Part shown: positions 59,995 to 64,000 of the stretch, in pieces
How the letters are laid out: every line of letters begins with the position of its first letter
Numbering within the stretch: the stretch's first letter is position 1
Assembly (NCBI GenBank): GCA_002937855.1
Contig: PTKS01000003.1
Location: 134,433-198,432 of the forward strand
DNA from: Alphaproteobacteria bacterium MarineAlpha5_Bin12
Lineage (GTDB): Bacteria > Pseudomonadota > Alphaproteobacteria > HIMB59 > GCA-002718135
Reading direction: 5' to 3'
DNA: 64,000 nt
Notes under the pieces: model-generated
Told to the model about the DNA's origin: nothing
Databases searched by the model: none
Seen by the model: only the letters and a program-made list of their open reading frames with translations
Made by a program: the position numbers and the translations under genes

Positions 59995-60258
59995 ATTGAG
60001 ACTAAATATCATTTTAGTTAATTTTATATATAAAAAATATCTAACTTATTGTATTTACTATAAATTTATTTATAACTAATCTAATTTTTATAATAAATTT
60101 AATGTAAGAATCTCATTGTGATAATATAAAATATTAATAAAATAATATAAATATATGTATTTATTCATTAATTATGTAATAAATTTATATTTTATCAAAT
60201 ATAGTTAAATTAGTAATAAATATGTAAAAAAAAAAAATTTGTTGATATATACAAGAAA

Positions 60259-60483
60259 ATGATAAGATTTTTAGTAGTAGCGTTAATCATTTCAGTAATT
60301 ATTTTCCTTTTTTGGAGAAGAAATAACAGTTCAAAAAAAAGTGCAGTCTATAGAAATGCTCTATTTTCAATATTAATTTTAGTATTATTATTTTTAATTA
60401 TCACACAAGGAAAATTTATTTTACCAAAGTTATTCCAAATAATAAAATCTATTCTTCCAATAATATCAAGATTTATTGCCTAA
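60259..60483 (+). CDS. Hypothetical small membrane protein
   Basis: 74 aa with two hydrophobic segments (FLVVALIISVIIFLFW, ALFSILILVLLFLIIT). No family recognised. Confidence 0.4.
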   Translation: MIRFLVVALIISVIIFLFWRRNNSSKKSAVYRNALFSILILVLLFLIITQGKFILPKLFQIIKSILPIISRFIA

Positions 60484-60487
60484 TTTA

Positions 60488-61354
60488 ATGGAATTAAAAC
60501 AATTTGAAAAATTCAAATTTAATCAAAAATTTATTAGTGATTATATAAATTCTTGGAAAAAAAATGGATTTCTAATTTTTGATAATTTTTTTACTAACAA
60601 TGAATGCAATAAACTTATAAATAGATCAACCAAACTTTTAAAAAAAATTGATTTAAAAAATAAAACAATTTTTAATACTAAAAATCATTCCCACAGTTCT
60701 GATAATTATTTTTTAAACTCTGGAGATAAAATAAGATTTTTTTTTGAAGATGGTGTTTTTGATAAAAAAGGAAACCTCAAAATAAGAAAAGAGTTAGCTA
60801 TAAATAAAATAGGGCATGCTTTACATGATTTGGATAGTATTTTTAGTAATTTTTCTAGGAGTAAAAAGATTGAAAAAATAACAAATATGTTAAAATTTAG
60901 CAAACCATTATTACTTCAATCAATGTATATATTTAAACAACCTAAAATAGGTGGTGAAGTTGTTTGTCATCAAGATTCTACTTTTTTATATACTTCTCCA
61001 GAATCCGCTATTGGCTTTTGGGTTGCCCTTGAAAATGCTACAATTAAAAATGGATGTTTGTGGGTTAACAAAGGAGGACATAAAGGTCCTTTAAGAAAAT
61101 TATATAAAAAATCTAATGGTAAAATGATAATGAAAGAATTAAGTGCAAAACCTTTTGACAAAGTTGATTTGCCACTAGAAGTTAAAAAAGGAAGTCTTAT
61201 TTTATTACATGGTAGGCTTCCTCATCAATCTGGACATAATTCAAGCAATAAATCTAGGCATGCATACACACTTCATATAATTGATGGTAAAGCGTCTTAT
61301 AAAAAAACAAACTGGCTTCAAAGAAATAAAAATTTACCTCTTAGAGGTTTTTAA
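60488..61354 (+). CDS. Phytanoyl-CoA dioxygenase (PhyH) family Fe(II)/2-oxoglutarate oxygenase
   Basis: About 288 aa from the ATG at 60488 (the ORF track uses TTG at 60476). H-x-D facial triad HQDSTF and a distal His (HGRLPHQS). Confidence 0.85.
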   Translation: MELKQFEKFKFNQKFISDYINSWKKNGFLIFDNFFTNNECNKLINRSTKLLKKIDLKNKTIFNTKNHSHSSDNYFLNSGDKIRFFFEDGVFDKKGNLKIRKELAINKIGHALHDLDSIFSNFSRSKKIEKITNMLKFSKPLLLQSMYIFKQPKIGGEVVCHQDSTFLYTSPESAIGFWVALENATIKNGCLWVNKGGHKGPLRKLYKKSNGKMIMKELSAKPFDKVDLPLEVKKGSLILLHGRLPHQSGHNSSNKSRHAYTLHIIDGKASYKKTNWLQRNKNLPLRGF

Positions 61355-61360
61355 ATAATA

Positions 61361-62299
61361 ATGAAAAAAATAATTTTAGATGTTGATCCTGGTCATGATG
61401 ATGCAGTTGCTATAATGTTTGCTGCAGCTTCAAATGAAATAGATATACTGGGTATTACATGTGTTGCTGGAAATAGTATATTAGAAAATACAACCCAAAA
61501 TGCATTAAAAATTTGTTCTTTTATTGATAGAACTGATATTAATATTTATGCAGGTAGCAATAAACCATTAAAAAGAAAACTTGTAACTGCATCACATGTC
61601 CATGGAGAAAATGGTCTAGAACATTCAGGGGATGAAATAATCATTCCTAATAAATATAAGTTACAAGAAAAAGATGCTGTAGATTTTATTGTTGATTCAT
61701 GCATGCAAAATAAAGGAATTACATTATGTCCAACAGGACCTTTAACAAACATTGCTAAAGCTATATTAAAAGAACCACATATAGTTAACAATATAAATGA
61801 AATTGTATTTATGGGTGGCGCAGCAATGACATTGGGCAATATTACTCCTGCTGCAGAGTTTAATATTTATGTTGATCCTCATGCAGCAAATATTGTATTT
61901 AATTCACAAATTCCTCTAGTAATGATGGGTTTAGATGTAACACATAAAGTACTTGTCGATGATACTATAACTAATGATATTTTATCAATTGGAAATAAAT
62001 CTTCAAAATTATTTAGAGATTTAATCAATTTTTATTCTATTTTTCATAAAGAAAAATATAATACCACTTCCTCACCTTTACATGATCCATGTGTAATTGG
62101 ATATATTTTAAACAACAAATTATTTTCAGGTAAAAAGGCAAATTTAATTGTAGAAGAAAATTCAGAATTAACAATGGGAAAAACTGTAGTTGATTGGTTA
62201 GAAGTTTCAACAAGAACTAAAAATTGTTTAGTAGTTAATGATGTGGATAGTGATAATTTTTTCAAACTGCTTAAAGATAAATTTAGCTTACTTCCATAA
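61361..62299 (+). CDS. Nucleoside hydrolase (IU-NH / RihA-like)
   Basis: 312 aa. N-terminal DVDPGHDDAVAI aspartate cluster. Confidence 0.9.
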   Translation: MKKIILDVDPGHDDAVAIMFAAASNEIDILGITCVAGNSILENTTQNALKICSFIDRTDINIYAGSNKPLKRKLVTASHVHGENGLEHSGDEIIIPNKYKLQEKDAVDFIVDSCMQNKGITLCPTGPLTNIAKAILKEPHIVNNINEIVFMGGAAMTLGNITPAAEFNIYVDPHAANIVFNSQIPLVMMGLDVTHKVLVDDTITNDILSIGNKSSKLFRDLINFYSIFHKEKYNTTSSPLHDPCVIGYILNNKLFSGKKANLIVEENSELTMGKTVVDWLEVSTRTKNCLVVNDVDSDNFFKLLKDKFSLLP

Positions 62300-63211
62300 C
62301 ATTATATTTAGTTTTGCTGCAATTTTAGCAGCTAATTTTGCATTATTTATTATAAGAGAAGTATTTGCCCTAAGAGTTTTTTCATTTGATAGTTTTGATA
62401 TTTCTTTTAAAAGATATGGAGTAAGATTTTTGCCTTTAATTTTTTTTAATTTCGCTTTTTTATTTGCAATTTTCATCCATTTTTTAATGAAATTTTCTCT
62501 TACAGAATATTTTTTTTCTACAGGATTATAAATTAAGATAGAACTTTTTTGGTTAATAATTTTTCTGTTTAATACAATTTTACCTAGTTCTTCAATATTA
62601 TTAACCTTAGCGTCAACAAGCATATTTGTTTTTTCAGTCCAAAAACCAGGGACATAATTTGTTTTAAAACCAATTCTTGTAATTCCCAATGTTTCTAACA
62701 TTTCATTTGTTTTAAAGATATCTAGAATAGATTTTGCCCCGCTTGAAATTACAATCATATCTTGTTTTTCTAATTCCTTTAAGTCTGAAGATATATCATA
62801 TGTAGATTCAGAATCCATATGAACACCACCTATTCCTCCTGTTGAAAATATTTTTATACCTATTAATGAAGCAATCATCATAGTAGAAGCAACAGTTGTT
62901 GAGGCATATTTATTTTTGAACATTGATAATGATAAATTATGTCTAGATACTTTTTCAACATTAGAAAGTTTAGCTAACTTTTTAATATCAAATTTGTTAA
63001 GTCCTATTTTTATATTCCCATCAATAATCCCAATAGTAGCTGGTGTTGCATTATTTTTTTTTATTATATCAATGCATTTATTTGCTATTGAAATATTTAA
63101 TGGATAGGGTAGTCCATGACTTATAAGAGTACTTTCTAATGCAACAATTGGTTTTTTCTTTTTTATAGCACTTTTAACTTCTGCACTTATTAAAATCTTA
63201 TTGTTTTTCAT
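62288..63211 (-). CDS. psuG: Pseudouridine-5'-phosphate glycosidase
   Basis: 307 aa. Motifs VALESTLISHGLPYP and STGGIGGVH (indigoidine synthase A-like family). Confidence 0.92.
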   Translation of the reverse strand: MKNNKILISAEVKSAIKKKKPIVALESTLISHGLPYPLNISIANKCIDIIKKNNATPATIGIIDGNIKIGLNKFDIKKLAKLSNVEKVSRHNLSLSMFKNKYASTTVASTMMIASLIGIKIFSTGGIGGVHMDSESTYDISSDLKELEKQDMIVISSGAKSILDIFKTNEMLETLGITRIGFKTNYVPGFWTEKTNMLVDAKVNNIEELGKIVLNRKIINQKSSILIYNPVEKKYSVRENFIKKWMKIANKKAKLKKIKGKNLTPYLLKEISKLSNEKTLRANTSLIINNAKLAAKIAAKLNIMLWK

Positions 63212-64000
63212 ATTTTTTTATATTAACTTTTTTTAATATTCTATTAAATTCTTTATTGAAATATTTTGTTTTTTTATATTGAAAATCCATCGCTTTTAAA
63301 CAACCGAATGCTATAGAATATGAAAGAATTAAAGAAGGATGAAGTTTTGAACTTAAAGTTAAAAAAAACATAGAAGCAAAAGCATCTCCTGCACCATTTT
63401 CATTTTTCACTTGTATTTTTGGAATTGTTCCTAAATATTTATTATTTTTTAGAATCATTATAGCTGGTTTATTTGATCTTGTTATTGATAAATTAATATT
63501 TTTATTTTTATTTATTATATAATTTATTGAACTATTTAATGAATTTTTTTTTGTAAGTGCTAAGAGTTCATCTTCATTTAAACATAAAGAATCAATAAAT
63601 TTAAGAGATTTTCTAATTCTATGAATTTTATAAATTGAAGTTCCTGCTATATATATTTTTACTTTTTTATAATAATAATTAATTATTTTTTCTATAAGAT
63701 TTTGATTGAAGCAAAGATCTAATATTAAATAATTCTCATTTTTTAAGAATTTATTTATTTTTCTAAAATTAATATTTTTTATTTTTTCATAAGTACTATT
63801 CGATGCTAATCCAATTATTAATTTTCCATTTTTATCTAATATTGCATTATAAAAGCTATCATTAATTGAATTAGAAATTTCAATTGGTTTGATTTTATTT
63901 GTAAAAAATTTTGTATTTATATTTTTTTCAAATGGTAATGAAAATAACTTTGTATTTTTAGTAAATAATTTTAAATTATTTGCTATATTTGATACAACTC
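63198..64000 (-). CDS. psuK: PfkB-family sugar/nucleoside kinase, probable pseudouridine kinase (5' end outside window)
   Basis: The ORF track lists only the last 86 aa (NGAGDAF motif). I checked every in-frame triplet from 63459 to 63998 by hand and found no stop. The frame therefore stays open to the window edge (…VVSNIANNLKLFTKNTKLFSLPF…). 14-nt overlap with psuG. Confidence 0.75.
   Translation of the reverse strand, partial: VVSNIANNLKLFTKNTKLFSLPFEKNINTKFFTNKIKPIEISNSINDSFYNAILDKNGKLIIGLASNSTYEKIKNINFRKINKFLKNENYLILDLCFNQNLIEKIINYYYKKVKIYIAGTSIYKIHRIRKSLKFIDSLCLNEDELLALTKKNSLNSSINYIINKNKNINLSITRSNKPAIMILKNNKYLGTIPKIQVKNENGAGDAFASMFFLTLSSKLHPSLILSYSIAFGCLKAMDFQYKKTKYFNKEFNRILKKVNIKKYEKQ

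Noticed and set aside
60091-60223. Three copies of TAATAAAT (60091, 60177, 60214) in the long AT-rich spacer
   Set aside because: In a spacer that is nearly pure A/T, an 8-mer of only A/T recurring three times is close to chance expectation. The spacing (86 and 37 bp) shows no regularity.
62238-62531. 97-aa plus-strand ORF bridging the hydrolase/psuG junction
   Set aside because: It lies mostly antisense to psuG and off-frame within the 3' end of the hydrolase gene. It is hydrophobic and low complexity and has no independent support.
1-64000. Search by eye for rRNA, tRNA, CRISPR arrays, IS/transposase, integrase, prophage or defence-system genes
   Set aside because: Essentially all sequence is accounted for by recognisable housekeeping or metabolic CDS. 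There are no direct-repeat arrays, no tRNA-like GC-rich 75-nt islands in the spacers and no recombinase-like ORFs. A covariance-model scan (tRNAscan/Infernal) would be needed to exclude small ncRNAs formally.

Overview
Very AT-rich, extremely gene-dense chromosomal segment. Most intergenic gaps are under 60 bp and many genes overlap by 4-30 nt. Core gene order is alphaproteobacterial: trpEGDC-moaC next to lexA; tpiA-secG-pyrG-kdsA-eno-ftsB-pdhA-pdhB-pdhC-lipA; cinA-pgpA-ispDF divergent from ntrY-ntrX-trkA. Composition plus synteny fit a streamlined marine alphaproteobacterium of the SAR11/Pelagibacterales type. That is an inference and was not verified by any search. I call about 70 CDS. I saw no rRNA, tRNA, CRISPR, transposase, integrase or phage genes. 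The accessory-looking content is metabolic. (1) A complete purine-to-glyoxylate-plus-urea catabolic island at about 33.1-48.0 kb. It holds PuuD-type urate hydroxylase, guanine deaminase, xdhABC, HIU hydrolase, PuuE allantoinase, OHCU decarboxylase, allantoicase and ureidoglycolate lyase, fused to a BMP-family ABC importer and a phosphoribosyltransferase. (2) A TrpB2-like / DUF1015 / serC / short serA operon at 49.9-54.6 kb. (3) A nucleoside hydrolase plus pseudouridine psuK-psuG cluster at the right edge. The least explained items are a tandem pair of paralogous ~72-aa two-helix membrane proteins (59.5-59.9 kb) and a pyruvate dehydrogenase E2 with no lipoyl domain. The membrane-protein pair has strong Shine-Dalgarno sites, a canonical terminator and the longest non-coding spacer in the window. 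In the PDH cluster the only lipoyl domain sits on E1-beta. All calls come from reading the translated ORFs and the DNA. No database search was run.
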